This document shows positions 36,720 to 49,723 of a stretch of 64,000 nucleotides of DNA, piece after piece. A program made the position numbers and the translations under genes. Location: assembly GCA_030704615.1 (NCBI GenBank), contig CM060732.1:2790001-2854000 (forward strand), given 5' to 3'. Below the pieces are notes generated by a model, which had not been told where the DNA came from, did not search any database, and was given only the letters and a program-made list of their open reading frames with translations. The number at the start of each line of letters is the position of its first letter. The stretch's first letter is position 1. The DNA comes from Takakia lepidozioides. Lineage: Eukaryota; Plantae; Bryophyta.

Positions 36720-39700
36720 CTGTACCCCTTCAACTTATTAGCATTGACTCTTCCCAGCATCTCTTTGTTAATGGTTTGTAACATGGCGGTGTTGTTATCA
36801 TACATCTTTTGTATGACATAAGGTCCTTTCCATGGTGATTTAAGCTTAGAAGCTTTAATCTTTCCCTTCTTCTGCAACCATAGAACCAAATCTCCCGTCT
36901 TAATAGTCTTTAACTTGCCTTCATCAAACTGTTCCTTCCTCTTCATCTGAATTCTGGTCATATTATCTGCCGCATCAGCACGTACTTCTTCCACATGGTA
37001 TAATTCATGTTTCCTGACTTTAATGGAATCTTGCAATTCATTCTCTTTCCCCATTCCGTTCTCATGGTAGGTAACAGGAATTCCACTGGAAGTAAGGCCT
37101 CCATACCATAAACTAATTGGAATGGTGTATACTTAGTGGTGACTTTATATGAAGTCCTGTATGACCACAAATCTGTCAGCAGCTTTGTATCCCAATCCGT
37201 TCTGTTTGCATTGACTATCTTAGCCAAGATAGTACATAGTATTTTGTTGGTAGCCTCTGCCTGCCCATTACCCTGTGGGTAATATGTTGTACTCCTCCTA
37301 TGCACAATCATGAACTCTTTAGTCAACAATTCAATGGTCTCATTAATGAAGTGACTTCCTTGATCACTGATAAATTCCAAGGGACAGCCAAATCGTGTAA
37401 GTATGTTCTCATACAGAAACCTTGTGTGGACTTGGCTGTGTTGTCCCTCAAAGCTTTAGCTTCCACCCACTTCGTAGTATAATCAGTGGCTGTAATTATG
37501 TACCTGTTCTGTGTATTCTTGGCTGGTGGGTAAAAGGTCCCAGCCTCTGACATTCATCACAACTCTGACAATACTTGTGTACATCTTTGAACAAAGTAGG
37601 CCACCAGTAACCTGCATGTAGTATTTTCCTGCTGGTAGTCTCTTCTCCAAAATGACCTCCTGCCACTCCTTTATGAACTTCCTCCAAAACTTTATTAACT
37701 TCATGGTGGTATAAGCATCGCTTCAGCACTCCATCTGGTCCTAGCTTATACATTCTGCTCCCTACCATAGTGTAAGGTAGAGCCTTGATAGCAATTCTTT
37801 TCTCTGCTCCTTTCCATAACTTGGTGGGCACTGACCATGAGCAAGGTAGTATCTGATTGGCCACTGCCAATCTAACCAGTCATCTGCACTTCCCTGCACC
37901 TCCACTGTAATAGACTCGCATCGGTAATTGATCATCTACTCCCGTGGCGGTTCTCCTGTTGATAACCGTGACAAGTGATCCGCCACAAGATGCAGTCTCC
38001 CAGGCTTGTAAACAACTCGAACTCAAACTCGTGCAAGATTATTAACCATCTTGCTATTCTTCCGTTATCAGAGTTTGTTTACCAGGTATATCAGAGCCTG
38101 GTGATCCACATAGAACATAAACTTCTTGCCCAACAGGTAATGCCTGAATTTCTTCACTGCATAGATCATTGCCAATGCTTCTCTTTCCGTTGTGCTATAA
38201 TTTCTTTCGCATTGTTCATCAATCGGCTAGCATAGTACACAGGTGAATCTATCCTTCCTGTTACATTTGGGCTAACACTGCTCCTAGTGCTTCTCCAGAA
38301 GCATCACAGTGAACATGAAATATTTTCTGCCAGTGAGGACTAATCAGCACAGGGTGTAGTTGTTACTGACAATGTAAGTTCCTCAAAAGCCTGTTGACAT
38401 TCAGGTGTCCATGCAAACACTGCATCTTTCTTCAGAAGTTTGCTCAATGGTGCTGCTATCTGTGCATACCGTCTGACAAATCTTCTGTAATAGCTGGTTT
38501 GTCCAAGGAATCTCCTTAGACTCTTAACATTCACTGGGGTGGAGAGGCTTTAATGGCCTCTGTTTTCCTGGGATCCACAAGAAGTCCCCTCTTACACACA
38601 ATGTGTCCCAGAAGCACCCCTGAGTTCACACAGAAAGTACACTTCTCTGGATTCAGGCCCAGACCTCTCATCCTGCATCTGGCCAGACTAACTCCAATTT
38701 ATGCAAGTGCTCATTCTTAGAGCTGTACACACTGAAATCATCCAAGAACACCTGCATGAAATCATCCAGATACTCATGAAAAGATTCACTTATCACTCTC
38801 TGAAAGGTTGCTGGTGCATTACAAAGTCCAAAGGGCATGACTTTGTATGCATAAGCACCCCAGTCTGTGATGAAAGCTGTTTTTCCTTGGTCTCTTCTGC
38901 CACTTGCACTTGATTATAACCACTGAAGCCATCCATGAATGAGTACATCTCATGGCCTGCCACAGTGTCTAATACTGCTTCTGTGAATGGCAAAGGGAAA
39001 TGATCTTTCTTCGTACAAGCATTCAGCTTCTTGTAGTCACACAAACTCTTAGTTACCATTCTTCTTGGGAACTATCACAATGGGTGACAACCAAGTTGTA
39101 TACTCTATTGGGTATATAAACTTAGCCTCAGCCAACTTCTTGATCTCTTCTCCAACCTTCTGTGCGTAGTTGGGATTCATTCTGTACCTTGCCTGCTTGA
39201 TTGGTACTGACCCGGTTCCAGTTCAATCTTATGCTGACAGATTTCAGGTGGTATCCCTTTAAATCCTCATAGCTCCAAGCAAATACATCTCTGTATTTGA
39301 TGAACAAACTCTTAGCTTCTTCAAAGAATTCTGGCTCCAAATCAGCTCCTACCTTCACCATCCTCGGTTCCTCTTTAGTTCCCACATTCACTTCCCTCAC
39401 TTGCTCATCAGCTGTGATTGTCCAACCAGTCACCACTTCATCCTGTAAACTCACAGTGGCTGGTTCCTCTAGGATTTCCATTTCTCCTTCTTTTCTTCAT
39501 AGAAATGTGATGGGTAACTGCTGGTTTCCTCTTCAATCGGTGTTGTTGACACTACACCACAGCAGATACCCTTAAACAACTTAGGCCTTCCAGCCGCATC
39601 TCTGCAACCTGCTCCCACTCTGGGTGTGCAGCAAACAGGGTAGCTTCCTGCTCCTCATCCAGTCCTCCTCTCCAGTCATACTCTCTGACTCCTCGAGGTC

Positions 39701-40110
39701 TTCTCGTAGCAGGTAATCTACTAGATTTCTTTGTGGTAATTGTATCTCGTGTATCCCATATGCACGGTAGTAACTGAGAATTCCAGTCATGGAATACCCT
39801 GGCCTGTTTCAGCCACGGACGTCCCAATAATAAGGAGTAAGCCTCCATGACTTCATCCATCTTCAACACAGTTACTGTGATCATAAAGATCATCTTCTGT
39901 ATCTGTATCTTAACTCCTCTTATTAATCCCAATGGCTGTACACTTCTTTGATCTGCCATTGTTACTGTAATGGGGCTGGTTTCATGTTACTTAGACCAAG
40001 CTTCTTCCTTAATTGGTCTGTCATGATATTTACTCCAGAACCTCCATCTATCAGTACATCAGTTAGTTCTGTGCTTCCAATTCTCAATTGGATTACTGGC
40101 ATAGAATCAT
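36720..40110 (-). pseudogene. pol of the nested element (PR, RT, RH, IN), frameshifted
   Basis: LIDGGSGVN (PR); DYKKLN..MDGFSGYNQ (RT); LRRFLGQTSYYRRF; GGHFGEETT..CQSCDEC; [18 protein letters not shown]. Confidence 0.92.
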
Positions 40111-40619
40111 CAAAGTCCATGACTGTTCTCGCCCTTCCGGCTTCACATTATAACTGGTCACCTTGCTGTTCAGGTCTGTGTTTCTGTCTCCTGGGCAATT
40201 CGATTGATTGCTTGATACAGCCTGTGCCTACAATAAGGTGCCACAGCCAATAGCTGTCCAATGGTAATCTCTGCTTTGGTCTGGCATATTACTTCAGCCA
40301 AAGTCTTTCATTACTTTGCATGTCTGCATCTTCTTTCTTCCTTTCATCCTCACTCACTTCTTCTTCTCCATCAGAATCAGAGGAATCTGCCACAGGAATA
40401 TCAGTACTCTTCTGCATTCCCTTATGGTATCTGCCACTTCCTTGTGCAGTCCTTCTCATCTCTCAAGCCTCATCATTTCAGGCATATCACTGCCACCTTC
40501 ATTAATCTTCTTCCTCTACTAGGAGGTATTAGTTGGCTTACTTCTTGTTACTATCATTGTACTTACTTCTGGTACAACACATGGCCTAACCATGTGAGCT
40601 GCCACCACTGGGCCCTCAT

Positions 40620-41910
40620 TCACAGGAGCTCTATCTCATTCTGGTGTCTAATCCAGAATGAACAGGCTGCCTTGCGATGTCCTGGCTGATTACAATAGTA
40701 ACATAGTTCTTCACCATTGGTCCTCGCCCTTGGTTGCTCTTGGATTATTTCTGTAATCCTGATTCCCGGGCTGGTAATTCCCCTTGGATTACCCTGATAG
40801 TTGCCTCTGGAATTTCCTTGGTAATTCCCTCTTGAATTACCTCTCCCTTCCATGCCATTGTTATAACCACCAGACCTACCATAGTGGTCTGATCATTGTT
40901 TCTTCTGGCTGGGGCTGCACCTGATGCACCTTACTTGCCTAGGTTCTCTTGCAACTGTCTTTGTTGTTAGTAACAATTCTCAGTAGAATAGGTTATCCAT
41001 TTACAGATAGTACAGTGTTTCTCCTTCATGTGGCATTCTGTGGTGGTATGGCCTTCATTCTGGCACTTTGCACACCATACACCCTTCCTCCAATGTGTTG
41101 CAGCCTTGTGGCATACTTCTTCAGATTTCTTCCATCTTTTCTCATAGTTATCCCTCTTCAACTTCTCCTTTCTCTTACTCTTCCTTTTTAGTTCTTGCTT
41201 TCTTCTTCATCTGACTCATCCTCAGAGTCCTCATCATCCCTTTTCTCTCTCCGAGCATCCCCAATTGCTCAATTCTGTTTGCAGTTTCAAATGCCTCCTC
41301 CACTGTATTATGGGTAACATATCCACTTTCTTTTGCAACTCTGGTCTTAGTCCACTCACAAACCCCTTCTGTAACCCTGGTGCTGGTACTGCAGTAGCTT
41401 TTCATCATCAATTCCATCTTTCCATATACTCCTCAACAGTTTCATGCTTCTTTTGCTTTAACTGTTGTAAACTTCCATACACTTCATCCTCAGTTTACTT
41501 GTCCTGAACTATTTCGGAATGCTGTATTCAAGCCATTCCAGGTTAGGAAATGATTATCAGGGAATCTTGCATACCATTCACTGCTTTCTTTATAAGTGAA
41601 CAAGGGAAAACAATCTCATCTTGGCATCATCGCCATTCTCATTGTTCACTATACACATGTGCTCAAATTGGCTAATGTACATCGGGATCCCTTTTCATGA
41701 ATATATGAAAAGGTGGTTTTGCCCGTGTTGGTTGTAACGCCATCTGGCCCTACTTTCTGCCCACTGACAGGTGCTGGCCTTGCTGGTGTGGTCCTTGACT
41801 GTTGTTGTTGTGGTGGATCTTCACCAAGTGGTGGCCCTTGAGCACTCCCTGCTGCTTCTGGCCCCACGATATTCACAGTATTCCCAGCTTCAGTTGCACT
41901 ATCCCACACT
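40620..41910 (-). pseudogene. gag of the nested element, frameshifted
   Basis: Zinc knuckles CAKCQNEGHTTTEC, CTICKWITYSTENC (degenerate) and CYYCNQPGHRKAAC. Confidence 0.8.
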
Positions 41911-43112
41911 CCTGTCCCCCCAGAGCCAGATCCAGGCAGCCCGCTGATCCCCCTGAGCCGACCACCTTAGTGCCTGTGATCCAGGTCAACGGGTGGGATG
42001 TCCTGGTTGTAGTTCAACCTCAGCTGTTGGGTTACTTCTTCATACTCTTCCTCTTCCAATTTCTTCTCTCGGTTTTTCATCCTCCAAGTCTGCCCTTGGG
42101 TTTCTTATTCACTCATGTAACTCAACTGCAATGGTGTTGGAGAGTCTGAACTCTCCGTTGGCTCTTGCCCACAATCCTCTCCTCCTTCTTCACCTTCGCT
42201 TCAGAAATTGAGTTCCGCTTTGGGTGTTCCATGCCAACTCTTATCAAAGATTTCTGTCAAATCTTTTATCCAGGGAGTACCTCAGATCTTTCACCTCGTG
42301 ATTGATCTTCTTCCCGTACCAATTCCCTTAATCTTTCTTGAAAAGAAACAGAAGGAGTGGCATCCAACTCTAGTTCTTCCGGTATGGGTGATGTACTCTT
42401 TGATCTTAATGGTGTGAGAGGTCAGATGATTCCCCTATGTCTATTCCTCTCTCCCAAAGATAGGATAATAATTAGCTTTCAGATAGCTTTCCTTTGCTGA
42501 ATATCTCTGGCGTCTAGCTTCTTTCATCACTCATGGCCCATGTCTTTCATTTCTTTTTATGTGGCAATAACCAAAACTCTCTTCTGTATATATCTAGTAT
42601 ATGCCTGGGTTTCTTTCAAGCTTCAATGCACCCTTGGCTATACTTGAAGTCTCCGTTACCATATAACCATATGGCAAACAAGTCTGAAAGCTGTCTTGGT
42701 GTGAGTTTGATCCACAAAATATCCTTGGAATCCAATTCTTTACCAGTACAAGCTCTTCATGTATATGAGTATAAACATTCACATCTTTCTCCCAGCCTTC
42801 AAACTCTACTCGCTTAATGGATAGCAATGCTATCACATAAACCAGTGTTGGTAACCAACGTGCTCTTCCTCTACAGGCCACCTGATAAAAATCTTATCAC
42901 TCCTTTCTCCAGACCCCATCGGGTCAGCATCATGCAATCTCTTAAGAATGTTTTCTTTAAAACCGTCTGGCAATTCCAAAAACCTCTAAAGAATCGCTTT
43001 GGACAATCTTCTTCTCAGTTTCACAAGGAATTTGATTCACATCAAATTCTTAATTCTCCATCCACCATGATCCCACCAGATGCCTGTCACATCTGGTTGT
43101 TCATGACCCAGT

Positions 43113-43130
43113 TCCCCAGTATGGTCGCCA
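43113..43130 (-). promoter_or_regulatory. Primer binding site, probably tRNA-Arg
   Basis: TGGCGACCATACTGGGGA lies 3 nt after the 5' LTR. The tRNA identity is inferred from the TGGCGAC start. Confidence 0.8.
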
Positions 43131-43133
43131 AAA

Positions 43134-44153
43134 TGTCGGCGGCTTTTACTCACCCATCCCTTCGTATCCGAGGCGGAAACTCCAAGATAGAAGAGTTGGA
43201 AATCTCTAAGCACTCAGCCGCTCAGAACAATCAGTCATGACCTACAGCTAGTGTATCATGGGGGTGTTCCTATTTGTTTTGCCTTCCGATTCATGTTAGC
43301 TAGTTACCTTTACTGTTGGTAATTATTAAGTATCAGTTTGCTTCAGCAATTTATCGGATTCCATCAACTCATCCATTCATCCACAGCTTCACTCAGATCT
43401 CTCTACCAGTGTGAGTATGAAGTGTGTATCAGATTAATATCTATCAAGTATCAGGCTGAAGCCATGGAGTCTCTAATCTGCTCTACATTACAATTCTACT
43501 GCCAATTCATTAAGCATCAACAGATCCTATCTTACTCCGTGCTCTCATCTTTTGCTCAGAGATACGCTCTCTCTCCTTCTTCCCAAGTGATGTCCGAAGT
43601 CTTGTTCAACACCGAAGTGGGCCCCAGAATGCCTCACATTTCAGTCCTTCTTTAGTCTTATTATCCTACCCGTTGTTCTAACCGTTTCCCTCACTAAACG
43701 TGGCCGTGAACTAACATGTTCCATTCGCAGGTGGTTCCCCCACAGTCGTTCCATGTCCTGCTATCCGTTCCTATGGTCGTGACAGCTGTGTCAAGCTGGT
43801 GAACTGGTGTGTTGAAACTGTGGAACGGGCTTTGTGTTGATTGTTGCTGTTTGGGTTGTTGTGTGAGGGATCTTTTGTGACGGGCTCTGTTGGATGTGAT
43901 GGGATGTGTCGGTGTTGGTGACCAGATGGTGGACTGTTGTGTTATGGATGAGTCTGCTGTGACAAGCTGTGTTGGCTGTGACGGGCTGTGTTGACTGTGT
44001 CGGCTGTGTTGGCTGTGACGGGCTGTGTCACCCCCCCCCCCTAAAGTGCGCTGCTGTCACCCCTAAGGCTCCTGTTGGTCTCAGTCTGTGCAAAAATTAA
44101 GGGTACCCCACAGATTCCGTATAAGTGTCTAAGTCCCAGACAGTCCTCTAACA
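43134..44153 (-). repeat. 5' LTR (1020 bp)
   Basis: Direct repeat of 31048-32066. Confidence 0.95.
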
Positions 44154-46120
44154 ATGAGACCATTGAACTACTGACCAAGGAATTTATGATTGTGCACAGG
44201 AAAAGCACAACTTATTACCCACATGGTAATGGGCAAGCAGAGGCCATCAACAAGATATTGTGCACTATTCTTGCTAAGATAGTCAATGCTAACAGAACAG
44301 ATTGGGATACAAAGATGCTGACAGCTTTGTGGTCTTATAGGACTTCTTATAAAGTCACTACAAAGCATACACCATTTCAATTAGTCTATGGCATGGAAGC
44401 TCTACTTCTTGTGGAATTCTTGCTACTCACCATGAGAACTGAATGCGGAAGGAGAATGGATTTGCAGGATTCAATTAAGGTGAGAAGACATGAATTATAT
44501 GAGTAGAGGAAGTTCGTGGCGATGCAGCTGATAACATGACCATAATACAGATGAAAAAGAAAGATCGGTTTGATGAAGGCAAACTCAAAACCTTTAAAGC
44601 ATGAGACTTGGTACTATGGTTGGAGAAGAAAGGGAAAATTAAGGCTTCTAAGCTTAAGTCCCCATGGAAAGGACCTTATGTCATACAGAAGATGTATGAT
44701 AACAATACAGTAATGATGCAGACCATTAACAAGGAGATGTTTGGTAGAGTTAATGCCAACAAACTAAAGGGGTACAGCGGTATCCATGATAGACCATTAT
44801 AGTATGATTTGAATTTTGAAGCAGATAAGGAGCCACAGACTACACCAGCACCATCACCAGATCATGAAGTGCATGCCATAACGCCTCATGTGCATGATCA
44901 TATGAGAGAACACAGGGGTTCTCACAGCCATCATAGGCCAGCACAGGCCAGCACAGGCCACACAGACTGCACAGACTGCACAGGCCAAAGGGGCGGTGAC
45001 AGGTGGTCACGTGTTAACAACGACAAATGGATCAAAAAGTCAAGAAACAGTTAAGGAAATATTCTCGGAAAAATTGCCACAGGGCCAGACAGTGATGGAA
45101 GGGTGTTTAAACTCAAACACGTGGCCTAAGCAGAAGGGCTCTCTGTATTGCATGTACTACAATGGCAAGCGCCATTACACAAAATGACAAACAGAGCCGC
45201 CGAAGTACCCGCCCGATACTTCCCCTGAAATTAATAGGGCGCAATTAAGTGACCAGGGAGGACAGGAAAATGAAAGCCTTACCCATCCAACAAAGGGTAA
45301 CCTTTGTCGAATATGTAGAGATGTGTGTCATACAAAAGAAGTGTGCAAAATGAACAAGGTAATTGTGAAAATTACCTAACGATCTTACATCCAATCAACA
45401 ATGAGGGAACTGTAAATGTAACTCCACTTAAAAAACAAGATCAAGAAATCAAGAGGGTTTTCAGCGGATGAGTCGGTGTTATCCCCGATAACCACTATCG
45501 AGAAAGGGGGCACATTGAAGACTATAGCCCAACAACTATGCATGGCGGGCGTTGCGGATTACACGCTAGCTTTACTCCTTACGCAGTGGCATGAGGATGG
45601 ACAGGAGCAGCAGACCTTCTCTCTCACACACTGTTTGCAAGCACCGCGGGCCGCTTACACACAATTACCAGTTCCTTTGTGTGCGAACCATACGTTCATG
45701 CTGTAGCATTACAGAGTTTTCTTCAGCTGTTTAAAACACGGCCTCCTTGTTTGCCAAGAATAAAGAGAGTTAGGGATATGGAGGACCTGCAGGTGAAGAG
45801 TACTCTAATACTTCAAAAGCAAACTACTGCCACACCACAGGCAATACAACTCTTGAAGGACTTGAGGTTGGAGAGTTTACTGTGCAAAAAGTGGTCTTGG
45901 CACCACAGAGAACTGATGCTTCAGTTCATTAGGAACTTTGATCCGAAAACAGAAGCTAGGGTTAACATAAAAATCACCCCACAGTATTTGCAGCAACTCT
46001 TTGACTTACCAGCTGGTGAAGTGAGCGTGGATGAGCACAAAGCAAGCTTGCAAATTGTGAATCTTTTCCAGGAAAAGAACTTTTTCAAGACCCAAGGTTA
46101 TTCATGTATAAAGGCAGAGT
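44154..46120 (+). mobile_element. Host Gypsy element, 3' part (IN C-terminus and start of extra ORF)
   Basis: Frame resumes SHFINE|TIELLTKEF across the insertion. LKSPWKGPYVI is present. Extra-ORF homolog lies at 45610-46120. Confidence 0.92.
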
Positions 46121-49100
46121 TGTAAAGTAAAAATGGGGGCCTTGTTTCACCACCCGGGATAAATCTATCCATTCCCTCTTGATCAGACAACCCGTCAATC
46201 CAGTTTTGATGCTACATGAGCCGCAGCGGAAGCAGGAAAACATCATGACACCTAGACCGGACCGTTCTTCTACTCGTTCGTTTGTTAAACATCATGTCAC
46301 CATCCCGTTCGTGGTATGGAAAATGCTCAGAAAAGATATATCATAGGGCTCCTGCCTGCAGCACCCGCACTCCATTATCTCGTATGCTTGGTTCACCATG
46401 TGCACGGGTAGTCACTTAACTCACATTCCATGCATCCTTCATGGCAGTGACCCTTGGCTATTCTGCTTACTTGTGCGATCTGTCCCTCAATGCATGCTAC
46501 TCATCGTTATATCTCTACCTATCATCTCGATCTGTCGTTTACAGGGCCTGCACGGATCGGTTTTGTTTGCAATCCAGACCAGCTACCCTCATCTTGTCTC
46601 TTTTTGTTCTCTCTACACTTATTGCAGCTCAAACGTTCTCCAGTATTACTCTCTCGATCATTGGTTTCAACTTGTACATGCTTTTCTTCGTAAGTCCAGT
46701 CTATCTCCTTTATATCACACGGCTTACGACGAAGGCCGCCTAGTATCAACACATTCTGTACACTGTACAAGTATCTCACTAATCACTTCACCAAACCTAC
46801 TCAGTCTAGTCCATGTTTCTTCTGCTCTGTCTCCATCGCCTCTCTAACTTCAAAGTCTATCGTCTCTCTAATCCATTCTTTGTGAATGATCTATGTCTGC
46901 TACCTTGTACCCTTCAGCAGTCCTTGGAAATATCATCATACTATTGATGGCCTCCTCATCATCGTGTAAGTCCACAAGTTTTGTGATTTTCCCCCATTTG
47001 TTGTCAACGTCTATTCTTATGTCTCTGCCTGTCAGTACTTTGAACGGAGAGAATCGAATTGAGGTCTGAACCCCCACTCTATAACCAAATAGGGCTTTGT
47101 ATAAATCACGATCCCATTCATGTTCTCCCTGTATGCTCAGTACCCGTATACTCTTGTTTGAGCGATTTGATGATGCGTTCCACCATCCCATTGCTTTGTG
47201 GCCAATATGGTGCTAAGTGATCATGTTGTATGCCAAACTTTGCACATACCTCTTTGAATTCTTTACCCCACTCAGTGCCTTGATCTGTGAGCACTATCTC
47301 GGGTGTTCCATACATGCATATAACTTGTTCTTCCAGAAATCGTGCAGCCAATTTTGCTGTATGGTCAGTGACTGGGCACCTCCACTCACTCATTGTTAGG
47401 GTCCATTTCCATCATGACATATTTGTTTCCTCGTTTTGTTTCAGGTAATGGCCCAGTGACATCGAATATACCTTTGTGGAACAGGTAGGGTGCATGCTCA
47501 TATATTAACCCTTTTTTTTTAGTTTGTAGGGCACCAATTGGCTTACCCTGTTCGTTGTTGAATATGTTGGGTATTGTTTCTCCTCGAACAGTTGGTGTGG
47601 ACTCTTTGGCATCATTCTTCCTCTTGTCGTGCTTGTTGTCTGCCTTCTGTATGAGCTCCAACTGCTCCTTCTTCGTCAGTGGTTTTGTAGCCTCATGCTC
47701 CATCTTTTCACTCAGTTCACTTTCTGTCTCCTGTGAACTTTCATTATTGAGCTGCTTATCTGCCCAATCTTCAGTGAATGTGTCCAGCCCTTGGGTCACA
47801 ACCTCATCTTCAGGTTGACCCCTACCTCTTTGATACATGTCTGGTTGTCGCTCAATGCCCATTGAACTGCAGAAATCGTTCATCGTATCCCCTTCTTCCT
47901 TGGATTCAGTCTGGATCTCTGTGCTACTCATGCTGCGCGTTGGTGGTTGCAGGGTATCTCCTTCATCACCAAGCTTTGCCTTCTTTGCACTGCCTCTAGT
48001 CAGCATGTTAATGTGCAGAGGTTTGGTGAAGCTCACCACTTCTGGGTACAGCCCTTCCAATTCACCCAATGCCTTGAGTTCACTGGTCGTAAACTATAAT
48101 GACCCTCCAGTGTCATAATTGTCTCCTCGGTCATGTTGCCTTGGTACATAGTCTTCAATAACAATAAAAGGTGCCTGATATAGCTATTCCTCTGGCTGTA
48201 CTTCCTTCTCTCCCTGGGCAGAGATGTTGTAATAAGCTTTAGACCGCTCACATTGATCCTTCATGTGGTGGGGGTGAAGTGCCCCACAACAAATCATGCA
48301 TTCTGACCCCCTTTTTGGTCTACTTTGGCTTGCACTCCCTTGTGTGCACTTGGCATGCAGAGCTTTATCATAGACCACTTCCATCCAGTCTGATTCTATG
48401 TTTTCAGCTCCTTCACCAGTAGGTAGTGCCCTGACCTATGTTTGAAGCCAGTGTTGACTTGCTTCTTTGTCTGTAGTATGACCTTGGCACTCCTCTTTGT
48501 ACTGATTGTAAGCTTCAGTCGGTATTGTTTCATCTGGTGTGTCTGGCCTTCCATTGTCCAGGTTGGTCAAAGTGATGTGCAACATGGTGTTCGTTGTTTG
48601 CATCACATCACAGGTAAGTGCTGTGTTTCCACACTGTTCTTGTCTCATGAAGCCATTGTGCTCACTTCGAGTCTGATCCATGCCTTTTGTTCTCGTTTTT
48701 GGCTTTCTTTGAATCAGTTCACACTGTTATTTGGTGTTGGAATGATCTCTTCCACCTTTGCTTCCTGACTGTCTTGTTGTGGGTCATCCCAATCCTCTTG
48801 CTTTGTTAGGTCTTCTCCCTCTGATGACTTTGTCTTCCCACCATCAAAGAGTTCAAGCTTGTAGGGTGAGATTTCTCCAAAGCTGAGTTTGCCTCTCTTT
48901 TCTTCCCTGTTTTGCTTCCTTTTTCCAGTGTCACCTTGTGGCATTTCTGGAGTACTGACTCCTTTTTTATTTTTCAAGGTTGTCAGTTCTAGAAGGAGCT
49001 TGTCCCAAGGGTCTTCCTCCAGTGTACATTCACCGATACTTTCATACACTATTATGTCAACTTGAACGGTGAGTGATGCACTACCTTGTTCTTGATGTGA

Positions 49101-49500
49101 GTGAGAGCTCGCTGGAACCAATCATCATGTAGACTTTGGTTGTCTTGTATTCTTGCTCCATGACACAAAATGTGTTGTGCCCCTGCTTTGTCTTCACCAT
49201 AGCAGTCCCATTCACACACTTTATCTTGCGAGTTATCACTCCTGATGTTGTCTTCATCCATAGTATCAATGCAGTTCATGCTTACTGGTTCTCTCCTCAG
49301 TTCATTTGCTGCTTCATCTGTTTGTAATGTACATTGCCCATCTTCATCCATTGGGAAATGTGGCCTCTCCTCATGATCATCCTGTGGCACGCTTCTCTCT
49401 CGTGAGTATCAGTCCATTCAGAGAAGATAAGTTCTGCCCTGCTTCTTTTCCTTGCCCTGTTCGGTACCCCTGTTTTGTTCTCCACTTCCTGTACTTTTTC
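46121..49500 (-). mobile_element. Degenerate Gypsy-type integrase element (possible LTR 46121-46728, IN 46868-47490, acidic ORF upstream)
   Basis: DVTGPLPETKRGNKYV, YGTPEIVLTDQGTEW and PQSNGMVER (DDE core). TGTAA...TTACG putative LTR. No RT/RH motifs seen. Confidence 0.7.
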
Positions 49501-49723
49501 AGGGGGCTGCTATTTCATGAGCGGCATGAGCATGAGCGGAAAAAAAAAAAAGCATGAGCAGACCATTGTGAGTCCACGGAAATAGGGTTAGGAGGCACGG
49601 AAATAGGGTCATGTGAAGTTGGAATGTGGCACCAATGGACTTGAAATGCAACATTTTATTGCAAATTTTGTGGCAAACCACGTCTATACAAGTGTGTTCT
49701 AACTGTCATAGCCAAAATGGGCA

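Larger units (their letters stand above)
31048..44153 (-). mobile_element. Full-length Ty3/Gypsy LTR retrotransposon (no chromodomain seen), nested insertion
   Basis: LTRs 31048-32066 and 43134-44153 with TG...CA ends. 5-bp TSD ATGAG at 31043-31047 and 44154-44158. PBS, PPT and gag-PR-RT-RH-IN order present. Confidence 0.97.
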
